Positions 17,225 through 27,098 of a DNA stretch of 47,070 nucleotides are shown here, one piece after another. The notes below the pieces were generated by a model. It ran no database searches and had not been told where the DNA came from. It saw only the letters and a list, made by a program, of their open reading frames with translations. A program made the translations under genes and the position numbers. Within the stretch, counting starts at the first letter, position 1. Each line of letters starts with the position of its first letter. The DNA comes from Minisyncoccota bacterium (GTDB lineage: Bacteria > Patescibacteriota > Minisyncoccia > Phycocordibacterales > SBAW01): assembly GCA_035549255.1 (NCBI GenBank), contig DASZRD010000009.1, positions 1 to 47,070 on the forward strand, given 5' to 3'.

Positions 17225-17937
17225 AGACCCTTTCGATCGTCATACCGTGCTACAACGAAGAATCTACTATCGGAGAGCTGCTTGACCGCGTGCTTGCGGT
17301 AGCATTGCCCGGCTGGAATAAGGAAGTGATCGTCGTCGACGACTGCTCCAAGGATGGCACGCGTGCCATACTTAAAGGGTATGAGAGTCGTATCAAGGTC
17401 ATTTATCAGGAGAAAAACGGCGGTAAGGGAACTGCGGTACGCCGTGGCTTGAGCGAAGCGAGCGGAGATCACGCGCTTATACAAGACGCCGATCTCGAAT
17501 ACGATCCTGCTGATATTCCGCGCCTGCTTGCGAAGATAGACGGCGGTGCTGCTGATGTCGTTTTTGGCTCGCGGAACCTCGACCCGCAGGGCAGGCGGGG
17601 CGGCCTTATCCCATACCTCGGCGCAAGCCTCATCACGCTAGAATTAAATCTGTTATACGGCCTTGCGCTTACAGATGCTTGCACGTGCTACAAACTTTTC
17701 CCCGCTGCCACTGCGCCGGACTTCGGTACCGGCGGCTTCGAATCGGAGCTTGTATTTACCGCAGAGCTTGCCCGGCGGGGATACCGTTTTGCCGAAGCTC
17801 CGATATCGTATGATCCGCGTGACGTAGCGCATGGAAAGAAGATCCGCTATCGAGACGGCGTACAGGCGATTATCGCGATCCTTGCTGATTGGCTGCGCCA
17901 TGGCAGGCGGGTCACAGAGGGTGATGAGCGGAATTAA
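17221..17937 (+). CDS. GT2 polyprenyl-phosphate glycosyltransferase (GtrB/DPM1-like)
   Basis: Motifs LSIVIPCYNEE, VVVDDCSKDGT and QDADLEYDP. ATGA overlap with the GtrA gene. Confidence 0.85.
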   Translation: MKTLSIVIPCYNEESTIGELLDRVLAVALPGWNKEVIVVDDCSKDGTRAILKGYESRIKVIYQEKNGGKGTAVRRGLSEASGDHALIQDADLEYDPADIPRLLAKIDGGAADVVFGSRNLDPQGRRGGLIPYLGASLITLELNLLYGLALTDACTCYKLFPAATAPDFGTGGFESELVFTAELARRGYRFAEAPISYDPRDVAHGKKIRYRDGVQAIIAILADWLRHGRRVTEGDERN

Positions 17938-17938
17938 T

Positions 17939-19678
17939 ATGGAGTTGCAAACTAAGCATACGCAGTATCTCGATTTCTGGGCTTGCGTGCTGCCATGGCT
18001 GATATCCGCCGCCGCTCTTTTCGCGATCGCTCTGTATGTTTTTGTAAGCATAAGCGCCGGAAGCAGTGTTTGGGACGACAGCCTTATGTTCGTACGCTAT
18101 GCGCATAACGTACTTTCGCATGGCGCTATCGCATGGAACAATAACCAGCCGACCTACGGCCTCACCTCTCTCGCGTATTTGTTGCTCGTAGTCCCGCTGG
18201 CTAATGTGTTCTCTAATGCGGCTATGGTAGTTATTGCCGCGAGCATATGCGGATTCGCACTCTTTCTTGCTGTGGCATACTTCCTTATCCATGTCTTCGC
18301 TGGGGAAGATCGCAAAGCCGTGCCGGTAATAGCCGCTATCGCTGCGACGGCTTTGGCACTGGGGCACAGTTCTCTCGCATCTATTATCGCAAGCGGGATG
18401 GATACGACATTCGGCATAGCGTACCTGGTGTTGTATCTTGCCGCCGTCGCGGCTTTTGTCCGCTCCGGATCGGACAGCAAACCGGTTGCTTTCCTTACCG
18501 GTATGGTCGGCGGTTGCGCCTATGCAGTGCGGCCCGACCTCCTCATATACAGCGTTATTATTCCGGTTGCTCTTGCTATATGGTCTGATAATCCGGCGCT
18601 TCGCCGCAATGCGCTAATCATGATGGTGGCGACGGTCGGTACCGCACTTGCCGCCGCCGGCGCGGCGTGGATGTATTTCGGCACCCCGCTTCCGCTGCCG
18701 TTTTACGCGAAGAGCGGCCTTCTCTACGACCCAACACTCGCACATCGGTATAGGTTCTTTCCCATATTTCAGCTGATCACGCATATAGACGCCTTCGCGC
18801 CGTTATGGCTGACATTACCGGCAGCGCTGGTCGTCTGGAGGAGGGAATTCTTTCACCGAACGCCATCCGCTCTGCTGATCGGCATCGCGCTTTCAGTTAT
18901 GGCCGTTGCAACCTACTATTTATTCTTCGTCATACAGATCATGCCGTACGAAGGACGCTTCTATTACCCCGTGCTGCCCGGCTTGATCGCCCTCCTTGCC
19001 GCGCTCATGGCGCGCGGCTGGTCCTGGGGCCGGTCGCTGTCGCGAGAAGCATTGCTGCCTACGACCGTTCTAGTGGCTTGCGCGGTATGCGGCGCGCTGC
19101 TTGTCGCGCCGCTGGTGCAAGCGTCGGAATACACAGCGTACGCGTTGCTTCGTGAGCGGGGCGCAATCAGTACCATCCTTCATGGCACCACACTGCAGAA
19201 TTATGAGGACGACGCCGAATCTCAGCTGGTCTGGCCATGCCTTGATGCGGTAGATGCGCTGCCGCCTACGGCTTCTGTCGCGACGACAGAAGTGGGCTTG
19301 CCGGGAGTGCTTGCGCCATTCCGACCGATCATTGATCTTGCTGGTCTGAATGATACGCAGATCTCGCTTCGCGAAGCGACGCCCGCGGATCGCATCAAGG
19401 AAGAAAAGGTGGATGTCGTATATCTTCCGACCGAGTACTATTATCCTGTCATGCGTTCGGCAATACTCGCACAGCCGTGGTTTACTACCGACTATACGAT
19501 CTATCCCGCTACGTCTACGGGCGGATTCCCCGATGTTGCGGTACGCAAGGGAAGTCTTGCGGCAGATCCTATGGCGGCGTGTATGCAGAAATTTGCCGCG
19601 ACCCATTCGACTTCAACGACGAGCGATACTGGCGGCTATTATTACCTTACGCTCCCGTTTCCTCTTGGCAGTTTTTAA
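17939..19678 (+). CDS. large polytopic membrane protein, GT-C-like (GtrC position), uncharacterised family
   Basis: The ATG at 17939 is 1 nt after the upstream stop. The VWDDSLMFVRYAHNV motif follows TM1. About 12 TM helices precede a soluble C-terminal domain containing IIDLAGLNDTQIS. Confidence 0.7.
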   Translation: MELQTKHTQYLDFWACVLPWLISAAALFAIALYVFVSISAGSSVWDDSLMFVRYAHNVLSHGAIAWNNNQPTYGLTSLAYLLLVVPLANVFSNAAMVVIAASICGFALFLAVAYFLIHVFAGEDRKAVPVIAAIAATALALGHSSLASIIASGMDTTFGIAYLVLYLAAVAAFVRSGSDSKPVAFLTGMVGGCAYAVRPDLLIYSVIIPVALAIWSDNPALRRNALIMMVATVGTALAAAGAAWMYFGTPLPLPFYAKSGLLYDPTLAHRYRFFPIFQLITHIDAFAPLWLTLPAALVVWRREFFHRTPSALLIGIALSVMAVATYYLFFVIQIMPYEGRFYYPVLPGLIALLAALMARGWSWGRSLSREALLPTTVLVACAVCGALLVAPLVQASEYTAYALLRERGAISTILHGTTLQNYEDDAESQLVWPCLDAVDALPPTASVATTEVGLPGVLAPFRPIIDLAGLNDTQISLREATPADRIKEEKVDVVYLPTEYYYPVMRSAILAQPWFTTDYTIYPATSTGGFPDVAVRKGSLAADPMAACMQKFAATHSTSTTSDTGGYYYLTLPFPLGSF

Positions 19679-19717
19679 GGCGCATCCTTATAAAAGCTGG
19701 CGTGTTATAACAGGCGT

Positions 19718-21481
19718 ATGTGTGGAATATTAGGCCTATCAGAAGGGGATGAGCCGCTTGTACGCAAGGCGGCAAGTACCATTTCTTATCGAGGTCCTGA
19801 CGCCTCTGGCGTATATACCGATGGGGAGGTAACTCTGGGCCATAACCGGCTTTCGGTTATTGACCTCGACCCTAGATCCAATCAGCCTTTTTTTGATCCA
19901 GAAGGTAAGGTCGGTCTTGTGTATAACGGCGAGATCTATAACTACCGCTCAATCAAAACTGAATTGGAACGGACAGGTAAGTATGTCTTTCGCACCAACT
20001 CAGATACTGAAGTAGTGCTCTATGCCTATAAAGAGTGGAAGGAAAAGGTGGTAAATCATCTAGAGGGTATGTACGCCTTTGCCGTATACGACCGAGAGCG
20101 CCAGCAAATAATATTGTGTACCGATCAGGCGGCGATCAAGCCGCTCGTGTATGCCAACATTCAAGGCGTGTTGGCGTTTGGCTCAGAAGTTAAGGCTGTG
20201 GTTGCTATGTTGCGAGAGAAGAATATTTCTATCCATGTCGACCAAGATGCGCTCTCGCTTTACTATGCGGTTGGATATATTCCCGCGCCTGCAACACTGT
20301 ATCAGGAAGTGCGCCGGTTGCGGCCTCGAACCTGGGGGGTCTTTGATCTTAAGACACACACCTTTACAGAGACACAATACGCGTTGCCGTTGGTATCGGC
20401 GCAGAGCCAAGAAGGAATGCGAGCTCTTATTGAAAAGTCAGTAGAACAACATCTTGTCGCTGATGTGCCGGTCGGGCTCTTTTTTTCTGGCGGGACTGAC
20501 TCTTCTCTCATTGCTGCTGTACTAAAGAAGTTTGGCGTACAACTCGAAGCCTTCTGCGTTGAGATAGCAGACCGCCCAGAGGACGCGCAGTATGCACAGA
20601 AAATCAGCATAGAACTTGGGATGTCACTACATAATTTTACATTCGGGCCTAAAGAGTTTGATGACATATATGAGTCTATCGTCTCCCGTTTGGATGAACC
20701 GTTGGCCGACAGCTCGCTCTTCCCAACATGTTTCGTTGCACAAAAGGCCGCAGAAAAAGTAAAAGTCGTACTCTCCGGCGAGGGGGGAGACGAATTTTTC
20801 TTTGGTTATCCGCGCAGTCGATACCTCCAAAAGCTACACGGCGCTCCTCTTGATTCGGAGGCAGGCTTATTCGAAAGGATATTTTTCCTGCTGCCCATAT
20901 TCAAGGGTAAAAACAAATTGTTCGAACGAATTTTCATATTGATGCGCAAGCCAGTAGCGTTCTACCTACTCACAATGTCGCCCACTAAAAGCCGGATGAG
21001 TTTTCTAATGTGGAAAGGAGCAAAACGCACGCTTGCGGCGTTGGCGCAAAACGCTGACGCTCTCGATGCCGACACCTACTTGCCGTATGACCTCCTGCGG
21101 AAAACGGATATAGCGACTATGTATGCTTCTCTCGAAGGCCGTGTGCCTTTGCTTGCGCCAGAAGTTATCTCTGCCGCGCGAGCAACTCCACAGCACCTGG
21201 GTACCGGTGAGCTCAAACCGCTCCTTAAAAAGATATTGGCGTCGTACATTCCTGCGGACTTGGTATATCGCAAGAAGACCGGCTTCGGCCTGCGCGCGCG
21301 CAGTTTCTTTTCACAGTCGGCGCATGTGCGCGCTGATCTTGAGAATGCAAAGTCGTACTTATCTTCTCGCGGATATTTACCGATAGACGTACCAAGAGAG
21401 GAAGATATGCTTGCTCATTACCCCAACCTTTGCTGGCAATTGATCTCTCTCTACCATGTTTTGCGAAACGCTGGCATATGA
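19718..21481 (+). CDS. asparagine synthase (glutamine-hydrolysing) family amidotransferase
   Basis: N-terminal nucleophile MCGILG. PP-loop motif SGGTDSS. Confidence 0.9.
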   Translation: MCGILGLSEGDEPLVRKAASTISYRGPDASGVYTDGEVTLGHNRLSVIDLDPRSNQPFFDPEGKVGLVYNGEIYNYRSIKTELERTGKYVFRTNSDTEVVLYAYKEWKEKVVNHLEGMYAFAVYDRERQQIILCTDQAAIKPLVYANIQGVLAFGSEVKAVVAMLREKNISIHVDQDALSLYYAVGYIPAPATLYQEVRRLRPRTWGVFDLKTHTFTETQYALPLVSAQSQEGMRALIEKSVEQHLVADVPVGLFFSGGTDSSLIAAVLKKFGVQLEAFCVEIADRPEDAQYAQKISIELGMSLHNFTFGPKEFDDIYESIVSRLDEPLADSSLFPTCFVAQKAAEKVKVVLSGEGGDEFFFGYPRSRYLQKLHGAPLDSEAGLFERIFFLLPIFKGKNKLFERIFILMRKPVAFYLLTMSPTKSRMSFLMWKGAKRTLAALAQNADALDADTYLPYDLLRKTDIATMYASLEGRVPLLAPEVISAARATPQHLGTGELKPLLKKILASYIPADLVYRKKTGFGLRARSFFSQSAHVRADLENAKSYLSSRGYLPIDVPREEDMLAHYPNLCWQLISLYHVLRNAGI

Positions 21482-22548
21482 CCCGCCCTCAACCGAGAGT
21501 GCTTCTTCTCATAAATTCTTTTGCCGTAGGCGGTGCAGAGCGCGTATTTATAAAGGATAGCAATGCGCTCCACGACAGCGGATGGAATGTCTCTGTAGCG
21601 ACGCTTTTTAAGCCAGGTACCCTTGCTTCGGAGCTTACAATAGATCCCGCGCATGTTATAAACCTCGGTTTTGCTTCGGTGTGGAATATTCATGGTATCG
21701 TGCGCTTAGTGCATTTACTGCGTCGAGAAAAGATCGACGTACTCTACACGACGCTTAACGAAGCCAATCTTATTGGGCGTATCGCCCGCCTATTTATGCC
21801 GCACCTACGCCTGTATACCCGCGAAGCGAATATGGCCGACATAAAATCTCCGATTTATAAATTCGGCGATATTGTGCTCGGGTGGCTCTCAACGCGAATT
21901 GTTGCGGTGTCGCACGCGGTCGAAGACTCTGTTGCCAAGTATGCGCCCTGGCTGCGTGGCAGAATCGTTGTTCTGCATAATGGCGTCGAGATTCCTCCAC
22001 TAGTTAAGCGCCCGCCTCATTATGAAATGAAGCTGCTCACCGTAGGAAGCTTAACCGAAAAGAAAGATCACGAGATCCTTCTACGCGCATGCGCTTTGCT
22101 GCCGGCTTCTTACAAGCTAACCATTGTTGGAGATGGAACTCTGCGCAAATTTCTCGCCGAATTGAGCCAAGAATTGGGCCTTGCAGAGAGAGTCGTCTTT
22201 ACGGGGGCCTTGCCGTTCGATAAAGTGGCGCAACACTACCGCACCCATGATATATTTGTTCTGCCTTCAAAATACGAAGGATGTCCGAATGTAATCTCCG
22301 AAGCACAAAGTTTTTCGCTGCCGAGCGTAGCATTCGACATCGCGGGCATGCGAGAATTTATTACCGATCAATCGGGTGTGATAGTGGTTCATAGAGACGC
22401 CCATGCCCTCGCCGAAGCACTGAGCAGATTAGGGGGTTCTCAAGAATTGCGGCTCAGTATGGGCAATGCGGGTAGGGAAGAAGTGCAAGAGCGGTCCCTA
22501 GAGCATCACATTTCCCAGCTTGAGAGGTTGCTGCACAGAATAATATGA
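21478..22548 (+). CDS. glycosyltransferase family 4
   Basis: ATGA overlap with the upstream gene. Motifs INSFAVGGAERVF and PSKYEGCPNVISEAQSFSLPSVA. Confidence 0.85.
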   Translation: MTRPQPRVLLLINSFAVGGAERVFIKDSNALHDSGWNVSVATLFKPGTLASELTIDPAHVINLGFASVWNIHGIVRLVHLLRREKIDVLYTTLNEANLIGRIARLFMPHLRLYTREANMADIKSPIYKFGDIVLGWLSTRIVAVSHAVEDSVAKYAPWLRGRIVVLHNGVEIPPLVKRPPHYEMKLLTVGSLTEKKDHEILLRACALLPASYKLTIVGDGTLRKFLAELSQELGLAERVVFTGALPFDKVAQHYRTHDIFVLPSKYEGCPNVISEAQSFSLPSVAFDIAGMREFITDQSGVIVVHRDAHALAEALSRLGGSQELRLSMGNAGREEVQERSLEHHISQLERLLHRII

Positions 22549-23687
22549 TGTCCTCAAAACCAAAGATAGCTCTCATGACCTATGCCGTCGATAACCGGCC
22601 CGCGAAGGGTACGGCCATCGTGGCGCGCAAATGGACCGAAGCATTGATCGCCGCTCAAGACCAGTTCGACCTGACGTTCGTTCATTATGAGAAGTGCGAC
22701 GACCCGATCTACCACCACGGAGTAAAAGAAGTGATATTCCCGGAGTTTAAGTGGAAATTCTTCAATCGACGTTCTCTGCGCCAGGTCTACTACTTCCTAA
22801 CCACTAAAGACCGCTACGACATCGTGCAATGGTTCCAGCCGCGCCTCTACCCATTTTTCTGGCGGGCGCCTGCGGACCACATTGTCGTCGCGGTTCATGG
22901 TGCGGGAGACATCGGCAAAGCAAATGCATTCAATGTCATGCGCCACGTATTTAATTGGACAGTTATTCTTTTTAGGAAGCATATCGCGATAGCGACCGCC
23001 GGTTCCCAATATGCTGCGCAAGACATCATCAAAAAATATAAATTCGATCCGGCACAAGTGCGCATTATCCACTACGGCGCCGAAGAGTCCTTTGAGCCTG
23101 CGACGTCTGCGGAGGTAGACGCGGTAAAGAAAAAATATAATCTGCCCGAGAAATTCTTCCTCAATATAGCCCGCCTCAATCCCGGTAAGAATGCGTATCC
23201 GACCATACGGGCATTCGACCGCTTCGCTCGCACGCATCCCGAAGCCGATGTCCACTTTGTGAATGTGGGAGACAAGGGCACGGACAGGCCCTTAATAGAC
23301 GCATTTATTAGAGCGAGCCCGGTCCGCGAGCGGATTCATTTGGTTGGATATATAGAAACCCAAGATCTGCCGGCACTCTATAGCGCCGCACTCGCGCTTG
23401 TATTTCCTCTCATCGGCGAAGGTTTCGGACTTCCGGTCATGGAAGGCATGCGATGCGGAACGCCCATGGTCATAGCCGAGACTTCCTACCCCGAAGTCCA
23501 ACATGATGAAGCAGTGCTGGTCGATGCGTGGAGCGAAGATAGCATCGCTAAGGGAATGGAGACTATATATAATGATCCTGAACTGCGTGTCTCTATGGCG
23601 CGCAAAGGCCTTGAGCGAGCCAAGCACTTTACATGGAAAGAGTCGGGAGAAAAACTCATTGCAGCATATAAAGAGCTGATGCTTTAA
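22545..23687 (+). CDS. glycosyltransferase family 4
   Basis: ATGA overlap with the upstream gene. C-terminal motif FPLIGEGFGLPVMEGMRCGTPMVIAE. Confidence 0.85.
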   Translation: MMSSKPKIALMTYAVDNRPAKGTAIVARKWTEALIAAQDQFDLTFVHYEKCDDPIYHHGVKEVIFPEFKWKFFNRRSLRQVYYFLTTKDRYDIVQWFQPRLYPFFWRAPADHIVVAVHGAGDIGKANAFNVMRHVFNWTVILFRKHIAIATAGSQYAAQDIIKKYKFDPAQVRIIHYGAEESFEPATSAEVDAVKKKYNLPEKFFLNIARLNPGKNAYPTIRAFDRFARTHPEADVHFVNVGDKGTDRPLIDAFIRASPVRERIHLVGYIETQDLPALYSAALALVFPLIGEGFGLPVMEGMRCGTPMVIAETSYPEVQHDEAVLVDAWSEDSIAKGMETIYNDPELRVSMARKGLERAKHFTWKESGEKLIAAYKELML

Positions 23688-23690
23688 ATA

Positions 23691-24953
23691 TTATTTTCTT
23701 ATTATCTCAAAACGAGGGCATGGGACTATGAATGCGCCTCCGTTATCGAGAAATTCTTGTTCGCGACGTACAAAAGAGTCTATAAAATGCCAAGGTAGTA
23801 CCAATAAGTAATCGGGTTTAGCCGTACGCATTTCATCTTCTGATGTGATCGGGATATTGCTCCCGACTGTCTTAAGACCGAATTTAGGCCCTGAGCGTTC
23901 TGCAATCCCATCGATTAGGTTATTGTCGATACCCCACCATTGAAGCAATGTATTGCCTTTTGTTGATGCTCCATAAGCCCAGATCTTCTTACCCTTGGTC
24001 TTCTCAGCTTTAAGGAATGTGAGCGTCTGATCGCGCAGCTCGGAAGATTTCTTAAAGAAATTAAGATATGTATCAACATTCTTGAGGTCGAGAGTTTTCT
24101 CATATTCGAGGATGGAGCGGATACGATATGTTGCGACATCGCGATAAGGAGCGGATGCGAAGGCTTCTGGAGCGCCATCCTTATGCCGTACGTAGATTCT
24201 GAAACTACCGCCATTTACATCATTGAGTTGGCAGTCGACGATTGAGAGGTGGTGGCGGTCAAGCAGGAACTTAAGGGACGTGAGACTGTAGTACTCAAGA
24301 TGTTCATGGCAGATATTGTCGAAAGCAAGTTGCTCAAGCATGAGCGGCAGATAACTCATCTGGATTACCCATAGGCCGTCCTTGTCGAGTGTCTGCACCA
24401 CATCATCTACAAAGGCGTTGGGATCTTCAAGATCATAGAACATCGCTATTGATGTAATAACCTTAGCCTTTTTGCTGCCATACACAGAAGCTTTGTATGA
24501 CGCAGCGTTAAAATAATCCTTGACGATAAGGTTCGCATGCTGCTGCGAAAGCTCTCTATAATCGTTTGGATCAAAGCCAATGCGAATGGCGTCTTTAGGC
24601 AGGAACGAAAGCAGGGTACCGTCATTGCAGCCGATGTCGACCCAAATATCATCCCTGCCGACACGCATCTGTTTGGTAATCGAGGCCGCGATATCCTTAA
24701 GCTCGGCAACCATTGACTCGTTGATGCCAGAGCGATACCAATAGTGCTCATACATCTTTTCAAAAGGTGCAGTGTGGGCGAGTTGTACTAACCCAGAGGC
24801 AGGAGCCAAGCACATTTCAAGCGGCACCTTGGGGGCGTTCGGTTTGGCATCTTTGGGTATGAAGTCAGACATGTAAAGTTCTCCCAAAGAAAAGAGGGGT
24901 ATCAAGGGCTCGCCCGATACCCGACAAACTTCCCAATGTTTTATGTCTGCCAT
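23691..24953 (-). CDS. SAM-dependent sugar C-methyltransferase (TylC3/NDP-hexose 3-C-methyltransferase-like)
   Basis: SAM motif VDIGCNDGTLL, FDNICHEHLEYYS, and a C-terminal AYGASTKGNTLL Rossmann-like domain. The start is uncertain: ATG at 24953, or GTG at 24974 as listed. Confidence 0.8.
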   Translation of the reverse strand: MADIKHWEVCRVSGEPLIPLFSLGELYMSDFIPKDAKPNAPKVPLEMCLAPASGLVQLAHTAPFEKMYEHYWYRSGINESMVAELKDIAASITKQMRVGRDDIWVDIGCNDGTLLSFLPKDAIRIGFDPNDYRELSQQHANLIVKDYFNAASYKASVYGSKKAKVITSIAMFYDLEDPNAFVDDVVQTLDKDGLWVIQMSYLPLMLEQLAFDNICHEHLEYYSLTSLKFLLDRHHLSIVDCQLNDVNGGSFRIYVRHKDGAPEAFASAPYRDVATYRIRSILEYEKTLDLKNVDTYLNFFKKSSELRDQTLTFLKAEKTKGKKIWAYGASTKGNTLLQWWGIDNNLIDGIAERSGPKFGLKTVGSNIPITSEDEMRTAKPDYLLVLPWHFIDSFVRREQEFLDNGGAFIVPCPRFEIIRK

Positions 24954-25051
24954 TTCGAGAAGATAGTACCACACGCAAGCAACTTTCTCTAGGGTTTTAG
25001 GGTTACTATATATTGCAAAAAGCTATAAAAGAGGTCATAGTGTAGCTTCCA

Positions 25052-26077
25052 ATGAAAAAAGCACTTATTACAGGAATTACCGGTCAAGATGGGTCGTATT
25101 TGGCGGAATTTTTATTGGGTAAGGGTTATGAAGTCCATGGCCTCGTACGCCGCTCGAGCACATTTAACCGCCAGAATATCGAACATCTAGGAGAAAGCGA
25201 GCATAGCATCAAAAGTCTACATTACGGCGACATGTCCGATATTAATTCGCTTATTAACGTACTTGAGCAAGTAAAGCCTGATGAAATTTATAATCTCGCG
25301 GCGCAGTCCCATGTGCGCGCCTCTTTTGATATTCCGTATTATACGGCACAAGTTGACGCAATAGGCGTGCTCTCATTGCTTGAGGCAGTGCGAATCTTGA
25401 AGCTATCCGCAAAGATATATCAGGCGTCAACATCGGAACTCTACAGCGGTAATCAAAATGAAGCGCCTCAGCACGAGGGCACACCTTTCAAGCCGCGCAG
25501 TCCTTATGGCAGCGCAAAACTCTATGCTTTTGAAACAGCTCGTATCTATCGCGAGAGTTATGGAATGTTTGTCGTGAATGGAATTCTCTTTAATCATGAA
25601 TCGCCACGTCGCGGGTATAATTTCGTTTCGAGGAAGATCACGCAAGGAGTAGCAAAGATAAAGCTTGGCCGCCAGAATTCTATCCCGCTAGGCAACCTTG
25701 ATGCCCATCGCGACTGGGGGTATGCAAAAGAGTATGTAGAAGCCATGTGGCTTATGCTCCAGCAAGAAATGCTCAAGGATTATGTTATTGCGACTGGTGT
25801 GACACACTCTGTACGAGAGTTCGCAGAGCTTGTTTTTGCCCATGCGGGGATCCCTATTACATGGACTGGCACTGGACTCGACGAAAGGGGGATCGATAAG
25901 GATGGTAATGTGCGCGTGACTATTGATCCCGTATATTTCCGCCCAAATGAAGTATCCTATCTTCGAGGTGACCCCACGCGAGCTCGTGTTGACTTAGGTT
26001 GGCAAGCAAAGACCAGTTTTGCAGATTTGGCAAAACTCATGTACGAAAGCGATCTCGAAGCTCTTCGCAAGAAGTAG
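25052..26077 (+). CDS. gmd: GDP-mannose 4,6-dehydratase
   Basis: Motifs [52 protein letters not shown] and [10 protein letters not shown]. Confidence 0.9.
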   Translation: MKKALITGITGQDGSYLAEFLLGKGYEVHGLVRRSSTFNRQNIEHLGESEHSIKSLHYGDMSDINSLINVLEQVKPDEIYNLAAQSHVRASFDIPYYTAQVDAIGVLSLLEAVRILKLSAKIYQASTSELYSGNQNEAPQHEGTPFKPRSPYGSAKLYAFETARIYRESYGMFVVNGILFNHESPRRGYNFVSRKITQGVAKIKLGRQNSIPLGNLDAHRDWGYAKEYVEAMWLMLQQEMLKDYVIATGVTHSVREFAELVFAHAGIPITWTGTGLDERGIDKDGNVRVTIDPVYFRPNEVSYLRGDPTRARVDLGWQAKTSFADLAKLMYESDLEALRKK

Positions 26078-26084
26078 GCAAAAT

Positions 26085-27098
26085 ATGTCGAAAAAGATTG
26101 CACTGATCACAGGTATTACAGGTCAGGATGGATCCTATCTCGCAGACCTTCTTCTTAAGAAGAAGTACCAGGTCATCGGTATTACCTCTGGAAAAGGTGC
26201 TCGCGATAATATCGAAACCATACAAGATCGCATCGAATGGGTAGAAGGGGATCTGACAAATGAGGAATTTGTGCGCAATATTGTCGGCCGTTACCTACCG
26301 GACGAAATATATAATCTTGCTTCGATTGCGACTGTTGCTAAGCCCTGGGAGCACATGCGCGAACTTGTGCACCTCACCGGGCTGACGCCGATTTACTTTT
26401 TGGAGAGTATACGGACACTGAGTCCCACAACACACTTTTTTCAAGCATCCTCATCGGAGATGTTTGGAGCTGTAGAAGTGACCCCTCAAGACGAGTCTAC
26501 ACCGCTTCACCCACGCAATCCGTATGGCGCGGCAAAAGTGTTTGCACATAATATGGTCGATGTGTATCGCAGCGGCCACAACATATTCGCCGTTTCGGGC
26601 ATCCTCTACAACCACGAGTCCCCACGCCGGCCTGAGCATTTCGTAACACGTAAAATTACTTCGACGCTGGCAAAAATTTCTCTCGGTATGGACAAGAATC
26701 TTTCGGTAGGCAATCTCGATGCGCGGCGCGACTGGGGATTTTCGGGCGACTACGTACGAGCCATGCACCTTTCTCTGCAACACGAGAAAGCCCAGGATTA
26801 CGTTATTGCAAGCGGCACGGCACATTCGGTGCGGGAGTTCATCGAGGCTGCGTGCGCAGAGCTCGGTATCAAGATCTCCTGGGAAGGTGAGGGACTCTCA
26901 GAAGTTGGCGTCGACGAGAAGGGCACATCTATCGTGACTATAGCGAAAGAATTTTACCGACCGCTTGAGCTGCACATACTCCAGGGCGATGCATCTCGCG
27001 CTCGCAAAGAACTCGGATGGTCGCCGGATGTTACTTTTGAAGACCTAGTGGCGCGTATGGTGCGGGCTGACATCAAGCACCAGAAGGGCCTGATATAG
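26085..27098 (+). CDS. divergent GDP-mannose 4,6-dehydratase paralogue (possibly altered function)
   Basis: Retains [35 protein letters not shown] and NHESPRRP. The AQSHV block is replaced by ASIATV, and the RRSS..FN segment is replaced by TSGKGARDN. Confidence 0.8.
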   Translation: MSKKIALITGITGQDGSYLADLLLKKKYQVIGITSGKGARDNIETIQDRIEWVEGDLTNEEFVRNIVGRYLPDEIYNLASIATVAKPWEHMRELVHLTGLTPIYFLESIRTLSPTTHFFQASSSEMFGAVEVTPQDESTPLHPRNPYGAAKVFAHNMVDVYRSGHNIFAVSGILYNHESPRRPEHFVTRKITSTLAKISLGMDKNLSVGNLDARRDWGFSGDYVRAMHLSLQHEKAQDYVIASGTAHSVREFIEAACAELGIKISWEGEGLSEVGVDEKGTSIVTIAKEFYRPLELHILQGDASRARKELGWSPDVTFEDLVARMVRADIKHQKGLI

